Assembly: GCA_965232515.1 (NCBI GenBank)
Contig: CBDDPY010000002.1
Coordinates: 4,384,001 to 4,448,000 of the forward strand
DNA: 64,000 nt
Direction: 5' to 3'
From: Alphaproteobacteria bacterium
GTDB taxonomy: Bacteria > Pseudomonadota > Alphaproteobacteria > GCA-2731375
In this document: one piece after another, positions 10,227-20,550 of the stretch
How the letters are laid out: each line of letters starts with the position of its first letter
Position numbering within the stretch: position 1 is the stretch's first letter
Position numbers and translations under genes: made by a program
The notes under the pieces: generated by a model
Database searches by the model: none
Told to the model about the DNA's origin: nothing
Seen by the model: only the letters and a program-made list of their open reading frames with translations

Positions 10227-10875
10227 AACCACCGGTCTCGACCCGGCGGTCGGTCATCGCATCGTCGAGATCGGCTGCGTCGAGTTGTTGAACCACGTCG
10301 CGACCGGCAAGACCTGGCAGGCCTATATCAATCCCGAGCGCGACATGCCGGAAGAAGCCTTCGCCGTGCACGGCCTGTCGGAGACGTTTCTGGCCGACAA
10401 GCCGACGTTCCATGCCGTCGCCGACGATTTCATCGCGTTTGTCGGCGACAGCAAGCTGGTCATCCACAACGCCGATTTCGATCTGAAGTTCATCAATGCC
10501 GAGCTGGCGGCGCTCGACCGCGCGGCGATTTCCCGCGACCGGGCCGTCGATACCGTGTCGATGGCGCGGCGCAAGTTCCCCGGCGCGCCGGCGAGCCTCG
10601 ATGCCTTGTGCAAGCGCTTCAATGTCGATTCCTCGGCGCGCACCAAGCACGGCGCCCTGCTCGACTCCGAGCTGCTGGCCGAGGTCTATCTGGAGCTGAT
10701 CGGCGGGCGTCAGCCGGGCCTAAGCCTCGCTGCCAATGCCGGACCGCAGGCGAGCGTGCCCGTGGCCGAACGGGAAATCCGGCCGCCGCGGCCGCACGCG
10801 CCGACCGCCGCCGAGATCGAAGCGCACGAAGCGTTTCTCGAGCGCGACGTAAAGTCGCCAATCTGGAAGCAGTAA
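10201..10875 (+). CDS. dnaQ: DNA polymerase III epsilon subunit
   Basis: VLDTETTGL, IHNADFD, HGALLDSELLAEVY. Confidence 0.97.
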   Translation: MREVVLDTETTGLDPAVGHRIVEIGCVELLNHVATGKTWQAYINPERDMPEEAFAVHGLSETFLADKPTFHAVADDFIAFVGDSKLVIHNADFDLKFINAELAALDRAAISRDRAVDTVSMARRKFPGAPASLDALCKRFNVDSSARTKHGALLDSELLAEVYLELIGGRQPGLSLAANAGPQASVPVAEREIRPPRPHAPTAAEIEAHEAFLERDVKSPIWKQ

Positions 10876-10897
10876 CGACCGTAACAGGGATCGCCGA

Positions 10898-11470
10898 TCA
10901 GGCGGTGGTGTTGTCGGCGGCCTCACCCTCGCCCGGTGCACCGTCGGCCGCCGCGCCATCGCCTTGCGCCCCATCGCCCGCCGGCGCGGCTTGGGCCTGC
11001 TGCGCCTGTTGTTGCTGCTCGACGAACAGGCGGGCGAAATCGATCGGCTCCAGCAGCAGCGGCGGGTAGCCGCCGTCGCGGGTCGCATCGGCGACAATGC
11101 GCCGGGCAAACGGGAACAGCAGCCGGGGACATTCGATCAGGCAAACCGGCTTCAGGCTTTCTTGTGGCACGTTCAGCAGCGTGAAAACGCCGGCGTAGAG
11201 GACCTCGACCACGAATGCCTGATGCTCGGCCCGCTTGGCATGCGCGGTGATGCGCAGCTCGACCTCGTAGCGGTTGTCGCCGAGCGCGCGCGCCCCGACA
11301 TCCACCGACACCTCGATCTGCGGTGCGTCCTGGCTGGCCAGCAGGCTCTGCGGCGCGTTTGGATTCTCGAACGACAGATCCTTCACATACTGCGCGTTGA
11401 TCTGCACCTGCGGCATCTGGTTCGCATCGGCCGCGCCCGGTCCGGCAGCGCCGGCGCTGGTGTCGGTCAT
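10898..11470 (-). CDS. secB: Protein export chaperone SecB
   Basis: QYVKDLSFENP, CPRLLFPFARRI, GGYPPLLLEPIDF. Confidence 0.96.
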   Translation of the reverse strand: MTDTSAGAAGPGAADANQMPQVQINAQYVKDLSFENPNAPQSLLASQDAPQIEVSVDVGARALGDNRYEVELRITAHAKRAEHQAFVVEVLYAGVFTLLNVPQESLKPVCLIECPRLLFPFARRIVADATRDGGYPPLLLEPIDFARLFVEQQQQAQQAQAAPAGDGAQGDGAAADGAPGEGEAADNTTA

Positions 11471-11549
11471 TCCTGGGGATCCTCCGGTCAAGGCCCGGCT
11501 TGGGCCGGGCCGTTGGCTATCACGGAACCGCGTCGACCGGCAAGGTCGC

Positions 11550-12059
11550 TCAACGCGGCGTGCGGTTCTTGTCGTCGATGCGCTTGTCGGTCGGCGTCAC
11601 GTCATCGACGTCGTCAAGGTCTTCGAATTCGCCGTCGATGGTTGACCCGTCGCTGTAGCGGCCCGGACCCGGACCGCGTGTGTGATGCATGTGCACCCGG
11701 CCCGAGGTGACGAACCAGCGGCCCAAAAGCTGGCGCAAACCTGCCCGCACGGGCGGAATGAACAGCGAGCCGCCGATGGCGTCTGTGACAAATCCAGGTG
11801 TTAACAGCAACGCGCCGGCGACAAGCAGGCACAGTCCGTCAAAGACCTCGCGCAATGGCAGCTCGCCGCGATTCATGGCCGATTGCGCCCGATGCAGCGT
11901 CGAAAGCCCCTGCAGCCGCAGCATATAGGTGCCGGCCAGCGCCGTGGCGACGACCACGGCCAATGTCGAGGCCAGGCCGATGCGTCCGCCGACCTCGATA
12001 AACACCGCGATTTCGATCAGCGGTACGGCAATAAATGCCAGAAGGATGAGCAGGGCCAA
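11550..12059 (-). CDS. fxsA: FxsA family membrane protein
   Basis: PLIEIAVFIEVG, LLLTPGFVTD, IDGEF; conserved secB-fxsA order. Confidence 0.92.
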   Translation of the reverse strand: MALLILLAFIAVPLIEIAVFIEVGGRIGLASTLAVVVATALAGTYMLRLQGLSTLHRAQSAMNRGELPLREVFDGLCLLVAGALLLTPGFVTDAIGGSLFIPPVRAGLRQLLGRWFVTSGRVHMHHTRGPGPGRYSDGSTIDGEFEDLDDVDDVTPTDKRIDDKNRTPR

Positions 12060-12225
12060 GCTTGTCCCCTCTGTCGCAAGGAACTATTTAACTTATAACG
12101 GTTTCCATACGTATCGCGGTGGCTGGACTCAGTTCGAGACGAGTCGTAGTGTGGTCTGACCAACGGCCAAGCCGGGCCACCCGATCCGCGTGCAAATCTC
12201 GCACGTATACTCCAGACGGGCAAAC

Positions 12226-12915
12226 ATGGGCGAAGGTCTACAGTTTCTCGACATCATCTTTTTCGTCATGGTGGCGGGATTCGTCCTGTTGCGGCTCCGC
12301 AGCGTGCTGGGTCGTCGGACCGGACATGAACGGCGGCGGCAGGATTCGTTCACCAGCAAGGACGAAGCTGCTGACGATAATGTGGTGTCGCTTCCGAACC
12401 GCGGCGACCAGGACACGGCCGCCGACAAGGAAGCCGAGGCGAAACTCTGGGCGGACGACTCGCCGATCGGCCCCGGCCTGACGCAGATCAAGATCGCCGA
12501 CCGTTCGTTCGAGCCTGGTGAATTCGTTGGCGGCGCCCGCGCCGCCTACGAGATGATCGTGCTGGCGTTCGCCGACGGCCGGCGCGACGACTTGAAGATG
12601 CTGCTCAACGACGAGGTCTACGAGAACTTCGAGCAGGCCATTCAGGGCCGCGAGGACGCCAACCAGACCATGGAGACCTCGATCACCGACCTGCGGTCGG
12701 CTGATATCGTCGAGGCCGGCATGAACGGCCGCAACGCCGAGGTCACGGTGAAGTTCGTCTCCGACATGATCAGCGTGGTTCGCGATCAGGACGGCGAGAT
12801 GATCCCCGGCTCGAACCCGGCCGAGCATGAAGTGGTCGACATCTGGACGTTCGCGCGCAACGTCGACGCGCGCGATCCCAACTGGGCGCTGGTCTCGACC
12901 CGCAGCGAAAACTAG
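12226..12915 (+). CDS. Tim44/TimA family adaptor protein
   Basis: N-terminal TM then LRSVLGRRTGHE; GARAAYEMI; DIWTFAR..DPNW. Confidence 0.92.
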   Translation: MGEGLQFLDIIFFVMVAGFVLLRLRSVLGRRTGHERRRQDSFTSKDEAADDNVVSLPNRGDQDTAADKEAEAKLWADDSPIGPGLTQIKIADRSFEPGEFVGGARAAYEMIVLAFADGRRDDLKMLLNDEVYENFEQAIQGREDANQTMETSITDLRSADIVEAGMNGRNAEVTVKFVSDMISVVRDQDGEMIPGSNPAEHEVVDIWTFARNVDARDPNWALVSTRSEN

Positions 12916-12927
12916 TTCCGCCAAACG

Positions 12928-14130
12928 ATGTCCGGCCGCGTCGCGGCAATTCTCGCCATACCGGTTCTGATCGGTCTCGGCCTCGGCCTGTGGCTGATCA
13001 GCAAGCCCAGTCTGGCGCCCCGCCTGGCGTTGGTCCCGGCCGCGTTCGACGATCTGCGGGGCTGGGCCGACGATAACCACGCCGCGGCCGTGGCCGCCCT
13101 GCGGCGCAGCTGCGAACGTTGGCGGCGCCTGCCGGCCGACCGGGCGCTGGGCCGCAACGGCATCGCCGGCACCGTCGGCGATTGGCAGCCGATCTGCGCG
13201 GAAGCGCTGGCATTGCCGCCCGACGCGGCGGTGCCGGCCCGCGCCTTCTTCGAAAGCTATTTCAGGCCTTATGCCGTGGCGATGGGCGGCGAGACCGCGG
13301 GCTTGTTCACCGGTTATTACGAGGCGGCGTTGCGCGGCAGCCCTCAGCCGGACGGCGATTTCAAGACGCCGCTGCTGGCCAAGCCCGACGATCTGGTGAT
13401 GGTCGACCTCGGCCGCTTTCGCGACGACCTTGCCGGCGAACGGATCGCCGGCCGCGTGGTCGACGGACGGCTGGTGCCCTATGCGACGCGGGCCGATATC
13501 GATGGCGGTGCGCTGTCCGGCAGGGACTTGGAGCTGATCTGGGTTGACGATCCCGTGGACGCCTTCTTCCTGCAGATCCAGGGTTCGGGTCGGGTCGCCC
13601 TGCCCGACGGCGGCGATCTGCGGTTGGGTTATGCCGGCCACAACGGCCATCCCTACTTCGCCATTGGCCGCGAGCTGATCCGCCGCGGCGCGCTGACCCG
13701 CGAGACCGTGTCGATGCAGTCGATCCGGCAATGGCTGGCCGATAATCCGGACGAGGCCGTCGAGGTCATGCAGCTCAATGCGTCTTTCATTTTCTTCCAC
13801 CCGCTCGACACCGACGGACCGCTGGGCGCGCAGGGTGTGGTCCTGACGCCGGGCCGGTCGCTGGCGGTCGACCGGCGGCACGTGCCGCTGGGCCTGCCGA
13901 TCTGGCTCGACGCATCGGCGCCGTCGGCCGACGGCAGCGAGGACCGGCCGCTGCGCCGGCTGATGGTGGCGCAGGATACCGGCGGCGCGATCCGCGGTCC
14001 CATCCGCGGCGATGTCTACTGGGGCGGCGATGCGGCGGCGGCCGAGATCGCCGGCCGCATGAAGCATCCCGGCCGCTGGTATCTGCTGTTGCCGCGTTCG
14101 TTGCCACCGCCCGGTGTCGCCGCCAACTGA
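12928..14130 (+). CDS. mltA: Membrane-bound lytic murein transglycosylase A
   Basis: FTGYYE, FFLQIQGSG, SLAVD, AQDTGGAIRG..RGDVYWG (3D domain). Confidence 0.95.
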   Translation: MSGRVAAILAIPVLIGLGLGLWLISKPSLAPRLALVPAAFDDLRGWADDNHAAAVAALRRSCERWRRLPADRALGRNGIAGTVGDWQPICAEALALPPDAAVPARAFFESYFRPYAVAMGGETAGLFTGYYEAALRGSPQPDGDFKTPLLAKPDDLVMVDLGRFRDDLAGERIAGRVVDGRLVPYATRADIDGGALSGRDLELIWVDDPVDAFFLQIQGSGRVALPDGGDLRLGYAGHNGHPYFAIGRELIRRGALTRETVSMQSIRQWLADNPDEAVEVMQLNASFIFFHPLDTDGPLGAQGVVLTPGRSLAVDRRHVPLGLPIWLDASAPSADGSEDRPLRRLMVAQDTGGAIRGPIRGDVYWGGDAAAAEIAGRMKHPGRWYLLLPRSLPPPGVAAN

Positions 14131-14176
14131 CGGCTGCTATATATTCTTAGTCGGCGATACGGGGTCAGGGAGTGGG

Positions 14177-14962
14177 ATGTCCGAGAAACCGAAGAATGTT
14201 GGCCTGTTCGTTACCTGCCTGGCCGACCTGTTCCGGCCGACCGTCGGATTCGCGGCTGTCAAGCTGTTGGAAGACGCGGGCTGCCGGGTGCATGTGCCGA
14301 CCCAGACCTGTTGCGGCCAACCGGCGTTCAACGCCGGCGCCACGGCCAATGCGCAAGGCATTGCGCGCGACGTAATCGCCGCGTTCGAGCGTTTCGACTA
14401 TGTCGTCGCGCCGTCCGGGTCGTGCGCTGGCATGATCAGCAAGCACTATCCCGAGCTGTTTCAAGACGATCCGACTTGGTCGAAGCGGGCCCGCGCGCTC
14501 GCCATCAAGACGTTCGAGCTGGTGAGCTTCCTGACCGACGTGCTGGGCGTGCGCGAGGTCGACGCGGCGTTCGAGGGCAAGGTCACCTATCACGACTCCT
14601 GCTCGGGTCTGCGCGAGCTCAACGTAAAGCGCCAGCCGCGGCAACTGCTGCGCCAGGTCGAGGGGCTGGAGCTGGTCGAGCTGCCAAGCGCCGAGGAGTG
14701 CTGCGGCTTCGGCGGCACGTTCTGCGTGAAATACGCCGACATCTCCATCGACATCGTCGAGCGTAAGCGCAAGGACGTCGTCGCCACCGGAGCCGATATG
14801 CTGCTGGCCGGCGACCTCGGTTGCCTGATGAACATGGCCGGGCGGCTGCATCGTGAAGGCGGCGGCGTAAAGGTCCGCCACGTGGCCGAGGTGCTGGCGG
14901 GCATGACGGACGACGCGCCGCCGATCGGCGATGCCGGCGCGACGCCGGCGCGGGAGGGCTGA
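14177..14962 (+). CDS. lutA: Lactate utilization Fe-S protein LutA/LldE (CCG domains)
   Basis: LFVTCLAD, QTCCGQPAFNAG, YHDSCSGLREL, CCGFGGTF, GDLGCLMN. Confidence 0.9.
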   Translation: MSEKPKNVGLFVTCLADLFRPTVGFAAVKLLEDAGCRVHVPTQTCCGQPAFNAGATANAQGIARDVIAAFERFDYVVAPSGSCAGMISKHYPELFQDDPTWSKRARALAIKTFELVSFLTDVLGVREVDAAFEGKVTYHDSCSGLRELNVKRQPRQLLRQVEGLELVELPSAEECCGFGGTFCVKYADISIDIVERKRKDVVATGADMLLAGDLGCLMNMAGRLHREGGGVKVRHVAEVLAGMTDDAPPIGDAGATPAREG

Positions 14963-14965
14963 GCC

Positions 14966-16402
14966 ATGGAGTTCATGCAGTCCCGCAAGTTCAAGGACAA
15001 CGCGCGGGAGGCCATGGCCGACCGCAATCTGCAGTCGGCGCTGGCGCAGTTGAAGGGCGGTTTCATTCCCCGGCGGCAGGAAGCGGCCGATCGCCTGCCC
15101 GAGTTCGACGCGCTGCGGGACCGCGCCCGGGAACTCAAGGATCACGTGCTGGCGAACCTCGACTTCTATCTCGAGACCTTCGAAGAGAACTGCCGGGCGG
15201 CCGGCGGCAGCGTGCACTGGTGCGCGACGGCCGAGGACGCCCGCGCCGCGATCCTGGGCATCTGCCGCGAGGCCGGTGCCAAGACGGTGACCAAGGGCAA
15301 GAGCATGGTCGCCGAGGAAATCCATCTGAACGGCTTCCTCGAACGCCATGGCATCACGCCGGTCGAAACCGATCTCGGCGAATACATCATCCAGCTGGCC
15401 GAGGAGCCGCCGAGCCACATCATCGGTCCGGCCGTGCACAAGACCAAGGATCAGGTCTCGGACCTGTTCCTGGAGCATCACCGGCAATACGGTAAGACCG
15501 TGCGGCAGACCGAGCCGGCGGCGATCATCAACGAGGCGCGCGAGGTTCTGCGCCAGAAGTATTTCGACGCCGACGTCGGCATCACCGGCGCCAACTTCCT
15601 GATCGCCGAGACCGGCAGCACGATCATCGTCACCAACGAGGGCAACGGCGATCTGACGCAGACCCTGCCGAAGACGCATATCGTCGTCACCTCGATCGAA
15701 AAGGTCATCCCCACGCTGGAGGATGTCTCGACGATCCTGCGCGTGCTTGCCCGCTCGGCCACCGGCCAGGATTTCTCGGCCTACACCACGCTGTCGACCG
15801 GAGGCCGCCGGGACGGCGATCTCGACGGGCCCGAGAACTTCCACGTGATCCTGCTGGACAACGGGCGCAGCGCCATGCTGGGCACCGAGTTCCAGGACAT
15901 GCTGCGCTGCATCCGCTGCGGCGCCTGCATGAACCATTGTCCGGTCTATCACTCGGTCGGCGGCCACACCTATGGCGCGGTCTATGTCGGACCCATGGGC
16001 GCCGTGCTGACGCCGTCGCTGGAGGGCATCGACGATGCCCGGCATCTGCCCAGCGCCTCGACCTTCTGCGGCCGTTGCGAAAGCGTCTGCCCGATGAAGA
16101 TCCCGCTGCCGAAGATGATGCGGCATTGGCGCGAACGCGCCTATGACAGCGGCGCCAGCCCGCCCCTGGAACGCTGGGGCGTCAATGTCTGGGCCTGGAC
16201 GGCGCGGCAGCCCTGGCTCTACGGCGCTGGCGCGCGATTGGCCGTACGCCTGCTGAAGCGGCTGGGCCGCGGCAATGGCCGCCTCCGGCGGCTGCCGCTG
16301 GCCGGCGGCTGGACCAAGGGCCGCGACTTTCCGACGCCCGAGGGCAAAACCTTTCAGGAGCAGTGGCGGGCCCGGCAGCGGGCGGCGCGGGTGGGGCCAT
16401 GA
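14966..16402 (+). CDS. lutB: Lactate utilization Fe-S protein LutB/LldF
   Basis: KGKSMVAEE, ETDLGEYIIQL, NEGNG, CIRCGACMNHCP, CGRCESVCP. Confidence 0.93.
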   Translation: MEFMQSRKFKDNAREAMADRNLQSALAQLKGGFIPRRQEAADRLPEFDALRDRARELKDHVLANLDFYLETFEENCRAAGGSVHWCATAEDARAAILGICREAGAKTVTKGKSMVAEEIHLNGFLERHGITPVETDLGEYIIQLAEEPPSHIIGPAVHKTKDQVSDLFLEHHRQYGKTVRQTEPAAIINEAREVLRQKYFDADVGITGANFLIAETGSTIIVTNEGNGDLTQTLPKTHIVVTSIEKVIPTLEDVSTILRVLARSATGQDFSAYTTLSTGGRRDGDLDGPENFHVILLDNGRSAMLGTEFQDMLRCIRCGACMNHCPVYHSVGGHTYGAVYVGPMGAVLTPSLEGIDDARHLPSASTFCGRCESVCPMKIPLPKMMRHWRERAYDSGASPPLERWGVNVWAWTARQPWLYGAGARLAVRLLKRLGRGNGRLRRLPLAGGWTKGRDFPTPEGKTFQEQWRARQRAARVGP

Positions 16403-17106
16403 CAGAAGCGGCCGATCCGAAGCGAACGGCGATGCTCGCCAGCATCCGGCAGTCGCTCGGCCGGTCCGGGCTGAGCCGGGACGCCCGGCGCGAGCTCGAC
16501 GACCGCATCCGTCGGCACAAGGCGAACCTGATTCCGAAGCGCGGCCGCGGCAACCATGCCGAACAGGTCGAGCGTTTCGTCGCCATGGCCGAGTCGGTGG
16601 CCGCGACGGTGGAACGGCTGGAGAAAGACACCGATGTGCCGGCCGCGCTGGCGGCCTATCTGCGCCAGCACAACCTGCCGATGGAGGTGATGCTGGCGCC
16701 GACCGACTGGCTGTGCGATCTGCCCTGGGAAAGCCAGCCCATGCTGACGGTGCGCAGCGGCAGCGCCCGCAACGAGGACATGGTGTCGCTGACGCCCGCC
16801 TTCGCCGGCATCGCCGAGACGGGCACGCTGATGATGACCAGCGGCGGCGCGCATCCGACGACGCTGAACTTCCTGCCGGATCACCATGTCGTCGCGATCC
16901 GCAAGAGCCAGATCGTCGGCGCCTACGAAGACGCCTGGGACCGGCTGCGCAAGGACCGGAAGAACGGCCGTGGCTTCGACTTGCCGCGCACGGTGAACAT
17001 GATCACCGGGCCATCGCGCACCGGCGATATCGAGCTGACCATCCATCTCGGCGCGCACGGCCCCCGCAGCCTCCACATCCTGCTGATCGATGACGACCCG
17101 TCGTGA
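16399..17106 (+). CDS. lutC: Lactate utilization protein LutC/LldG (LUD domain)
   Basis: IAETGT, ITGPSRTGDIE, GAHGP; overlaps the lutB stop (ATGA). Confidence 0.9.
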   Translation: MTEAADPKRTAMLASIRQSLGRSGLSRDARRELDDRIRRHKANLIPKRGRGNHAEQVERFVAMAESVAATVERLEKDTDVPAALAAYLRQHNLPMEVMLAPTDWLCDLPWESQPMLTVRSGSARNEDMVSLTPAFAGIAETGTLMMTSGGAHPTTLNFLPDHHVVAIRKSQIVGAYEDAWDRLRKDRKNGRGFDLPRTVNMITGPSRTGDIELTIHLGAHGPRSLHILLIDDDPS

Positions 17107-17671
17107 CAAGCGCGGCAAACCGAAGGACCGCCGGCCGACGGAAGACGAGCTGACCCTGTTCGAGTCGGCGATGCGCGACACGGCGCGCCGTCGGCCCGCA
17201 GCACCGCGCGCAGAGGTGAAGCCGGCCGCCGCAAAGAAGCCGCCGCCGAAACCGACGACAAGCCGTCGAACGCCCGTTGCGCCTAAGCCGGCGGCGCCGA
17301 ACGGCGTCGACAAGCGCACGGCGCAACGGTTGCAGCGCGGGCAGATGCCGATCGAAGCCCGCCTCGATCTGCATGGCCGGCAGCAGACCGCCGCGCACCG
17401 CGAGCTCACCGCCTTCATCAACGCCAGCCACGCGGTCGGACGGCGCTGCGTCCTGATCATCACCGGCAAGGGCGCGCCGCGGGCCGAGGATGCGGACGAG
17501 ATCATGCCCGACCGGCAACGCGGCGTTCTGAAGCGGCAGGTGCCGCTTTGGCTGTCCGAGGCGGGATTACATGAAAAGGTACTGTCCGTGCAGCCGGCGC
17601 GACGTCAACATGGCGGCGACGGCGCGCTCTACGTGCTGCTGCGACGGCGGCGGGAGAGTAAGCCGAAATGA
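17090..17671 (+). CDS. Smr/MutS2 C-terminal domain protein
   Basis: LDLHG, VLIITGKG, HGGDGALYVLLRR. Confidence 0.93.
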   Translation: MTTRRDKRGKPKDRRPTEDELTLFESAMRDTARRRPAAPRAEVKPAAAKKPPPKPTTSRRTPVAPKPAAPNGVDKRTAQRLQRGQMPIEARLDLHGRQQTAAHRELTAFINASHAVGRRCVLIITGKGAPRAEDADEIMPDRQRGVLKRQVPLWLSEAGLHEKVLSVQPARRQHGGDGALYVLLRRRRESKPK

Positions 17672-17684
17672 TGGAGGGCTTGTA

Positions 17685-18158
17685 ATGCTGCTGGAAGGGT
17701 CCTGTCATTGCGGCGCGGTCCGGTTCTCGGTGGAGTCGCACACGCCGCAGCCCTATATGCGCTGCTATTGCTCGATCTGCCGCAAGACGGCGGGAAGCGG
17801 CGGGTTCGCGATCAATCTGGCGGGCGTTGCCGACAGCCTGCAGGTGGACGGCCGGGAGAATATGTCGATCTACCGCGCCAGGCGGAATGGCGGCGAAAGC
17901 GACCTGCAGCGGCATTTCTGCAAGATCTGCGGCTCGGCCCTGTGGTGCTACAGCGAACACTGGCCGGAGCTGATCCACCCGCACGCGTCAGCCATCGATA
18001 CGCCCCTGCCGCGGCCCACGGCCTTTGTCGACATCATGCTGGACTCGGCCGCGCCCTGGGTCGTGCCGCACGAGGGCGACAACATCGACAGGTTCCGCGA
18101 ATACCCCAACGAGTCGATCGACGACTGGCACAAGTCCCGTGGCCTCTGGGTCGACTGA
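17685..18158 (+). CDS. GFA (CENP-V/glutathione-dependent formaldehyde-activating) family protein
   Basis: GSCHCGAVRF, CYCSICRK, RHFCKICGS. Confidence 0.9.
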   Translation: MLLEGSCHCGAVRFSVESHTPQPYMRCYCSICRKTAGSGGFAINLAGVADSLQVDGRENMSIYRARRNGGESDLQRHFCKICGSALWCYSEHWPELIHPHASAIDTPLPRPTAFVDIMLDSAAPWVVPHEGDNIDRFREYPNESIDDWHKSRGLWVD

Positions 18159-18159
18159 C

Positions 18160-19026
18160 ATGTCCGGCGCCGACGACCTGTTCCAGCATCACTATGCCGA
18201 CCTCTCAGAGGTGCGCATGCATTACGTCACGGCCGGCGACGGCCCGCCGCTGGTGCTGCTGCACGGCTGGCCGCAGACCTGGTACGAATGGCATAAGGTG
18301 ATTCCCGCGCTCGCCGAGCGCTTTTTGGTGATCGCGCCGGATCTGCGCGGCCTTGGCGATACCTCGCGGCCGGCCGACGGCTACGACAAAAAGACGGTGG
18401 CCGCGGATCTGCGCGAGCTGCTGGTCGACCGGCTCGGTCATCGGCGCATCAATCTCGCCGGCCACGACTGGGGCGGTCCCGTCGCCTATGCCTATGCCGC
18501 CGCCGATCCGGACTCGGTGCGGCGGCTGGCGATCCTCGACGTGGTGATCCCCGGCGATGGCGGCGATCTGAGCCAGGGCGGGCGGCGCTGGCATCACGCC
18601 TTCCACCGCACACCGGACCTGCCGGAAGCGCTGACCGAGGGACGCGAACGCATCTACCTGATCTGGTTCTACCGGACCTTCGCGCACCGCGCCGAGGCGT
18701 TCAGCGAGGCCGACATCGACGAATATGCGCGGTGCTATAGCCAGCCCGGCGCCATGCAGGCCGGTTTCGCCTATTACCGGGCCGTAAAGCAGGACATCGC
18801 CGACAATGCCGAGATCATCGCCCGGCGCAAGCTGCCGATGCCGGTGCTGGCGTTGGGCGGCGACAGCGCCTGGGGCCGGCGCGAGGAGCCGCTGGAGTCG
18901 CTGCGCCGCGTGGCGACCGATGTCGAGGGCGGGGTTGTCGCCGAATGCGGGCATTTCATCCCGGAGGAGCAGCCGGACGCGCTGGCCGCGCGGTTGCTGG
19001 CCTTCTTCGGCGCCGACGGCGACTGA
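18160..19026 (+). CDS. Alpha/beta hydrolase (epoxide hydrolase / haloacetate dehalogenase-like)
   Basis: LLHGWPQ, PDLRGLG, GHDWGG nucleophile Asp, CGHFIPEE. Confidence 0.9.
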   Translation: MSGADDLFQHHYADLSEVRMHYVTAGDGPPLVLLHGWPQTWYEWHKVIPALAERFLVIAPDLRGLGDTSRPADGYDKKTVAADLRELLVDRLGHRRINLAGHDWGGPVAYAYAAADPDSVRRLAILDVVIPGDGGDLSQGGRRWHHAFHRTPDLPEALTEGRERIYLIWFYRTFAHRAEAFSEADIDEYARCYSQPGAMQAGFAYYRAVKQDIADNAEIIARRKLPMPVLALGGDSAWGRREEPLESLRRVATDVEGGVVAECGHFIPEEQPDALAARLLAFFGADGD

Positions 19027-19032
19027 TCGCCG

Positions 19033-19392
19033 ATGACGCCGCTGGGTCAGCGCATTCGCCTATTGCGGCGGCGGCATCGGGTGACGCTGAAGCAGATGGC
19101 TGCCGACCTGCAGATCTCAGCCGCTTATCTGTCGGCGCTCGAACACGGTCATCGCGGCCGGCCGTCGCCGATCCTGGTGGATCAGATCTGCAGCTATTTC
19201 CACATAATCTGGGACGATGCCGACGAGTTGCGCCGGCTCGCCCGCCTCAGCCACCCCCGGATCACCATCGACACGTCCGGCCTCAGCCCGCGCCACACGC
19301 TGCTGGCCAACCGTCTGGCCGAGGCGATCCGCGATCTTTCCGAGGAAAAGGTCAATCGCATGCTACAAGAAGTGGGCGAGGAACCCGGTTAA
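19033..19392 (+). CDS. XRE-family helix-turn-helix regulator
   Basis: MTPLG..R.LR, SAAYLSALEHGHRG, IIWDDADEL. Confidence 0.88.
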   Translation: MTPLGQRIRLLRRRHRVTLKQMAADLQISAAYLSALEHGHRGRPSPILVDQICSYFHIIWDDADELRRLARLSHPRITIDTSGLSPRHTLLANRLAEAIRDLSEEKVNRMLQEVGEEPG

Positions 19393-20303
19393 CGGGGCGC
19401 CGCCGGCATGGCGTGCCCTTCGAGCAGGATCTTCTTCGCCGTGATGCCGTCGGCGAGAAAGTCCAACACGGCGCGGATCGGGGCGGTTGTCCTGAGGTCG
19501 GCGTGGGTCAGGATCCAGAGCGGACTGCGCATGGCCTGCTGCGGCGGCAACGCGCGGACAAGATCCGGCACGGCGTCGCCCAGAAAGCAGGGCAGCACGG
19601 CGAAGCCTAAGCCGGTTGAGCAGGCGATCATCAGGTGCGCGAAGCTGTTCGAACGGTAGATTCCATGACTGCCGGGGACAACCTGGCGTAGCCATTGCGC
19701 GACGGTGGTGTGGGCCAGGCTGTCGTCCGGCGCCAGCAGGTTTTCGTGGATCAGATCGCTGGCCCTGGTGAGCGGCGGCCGACTGCCGACGAACTTGCGT
19801 TCGCCGTAGACGGCGAAGGCGATATCGGCGATGTGGCGGCCGACGATCGTGTCCGGCGGCTGTGCGCCTGGCCGCAGGGCGATATCGGCATCGCGCTTCG
19901 TGAGATTGATGATGTCGTTCGAGACACGGAGCTCGAGCTCGATGCCCGGATGCCGGCGACGCAGGCCGGCGAGGATCGGCGGCAACAGCGAGTCGGCGAT
20001 GTCGTCGGGCACGGCCAACCGGACAATGCCGGACAATTGGACTTCGCCCCCGGCCAGACGGCGGGCCATGCCCAGCATCTCGTCCTCGACGCGTCGGGCC
20101 GCGGTCAGCATCTCCTCGCCCGCCGGCGTCGCCGCATAGCCGCCGGGCAGGCGTTCGAACAGCCGCAGGCCGAGCCGTCTCTCCAACGCGTCCAGCCGGC
20201 GCAACACGGTGGTATGGCGCACGCCAAGCAACCGGCCGGCCGCCGACAGGTTGCCGCCGCGGGCGATCGCCAGGAAAAATCGGATATCGTCCCAATCTCG
20301 CAT
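19389..20303 (-). CDS. LysR family transcriptional regulator
   Basis: DWDDIRFFLAIARGGNLSAA, TTVLRRLDALE, LFER, ADIALR. Confidence 0.95.
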   Translation of the reverse strand: MRDWDDIRFFLAIARGGNLSAAGRLLGVRHTTVLRRLDALERRLGLRLFERLPGGYAATPAGEEMLTAARRVEDEMLGMARRLAGGEVQLSGIVRLAVPDDIADSLLPPILAGLRRRHPGIELELRVSNDIINLTKRDADIALRPGAQPPDTIVGRHIADIAFAVYGERKFVGSRPPLTRASDLIHENLLAPDDSLAHTTVAQWLRQVVPGSHGIYRSNSFAHLMIACSTGLGFAVLPCFLGDAVPDLVRALPPQQAMRSPLWILTHADLRTTAPIRAVLDFLADGITAKKILLEGHAMPAAPR

Positions 20304-20550
20304 TCAAGAACCATATCGTGCGAAAATGCACATTCTGTTTGCATATTATGATCCAGACTGTCGAAGATCGCACGAAATTAACCTTATCGACCACAAATAT
20401 GCCCGATGATTGTTTCCATAATATCGGCATTGGTGATGGAGATTTTGCCATAACGCGGAGAAATCGGTGCGCCGGTCCGCAACACCATCGGCGCGGAACG
20501 CCATTCCCGACGCTCAATGCCGGGTGCTAGCCTGTCCGCGGGATGAGCGT

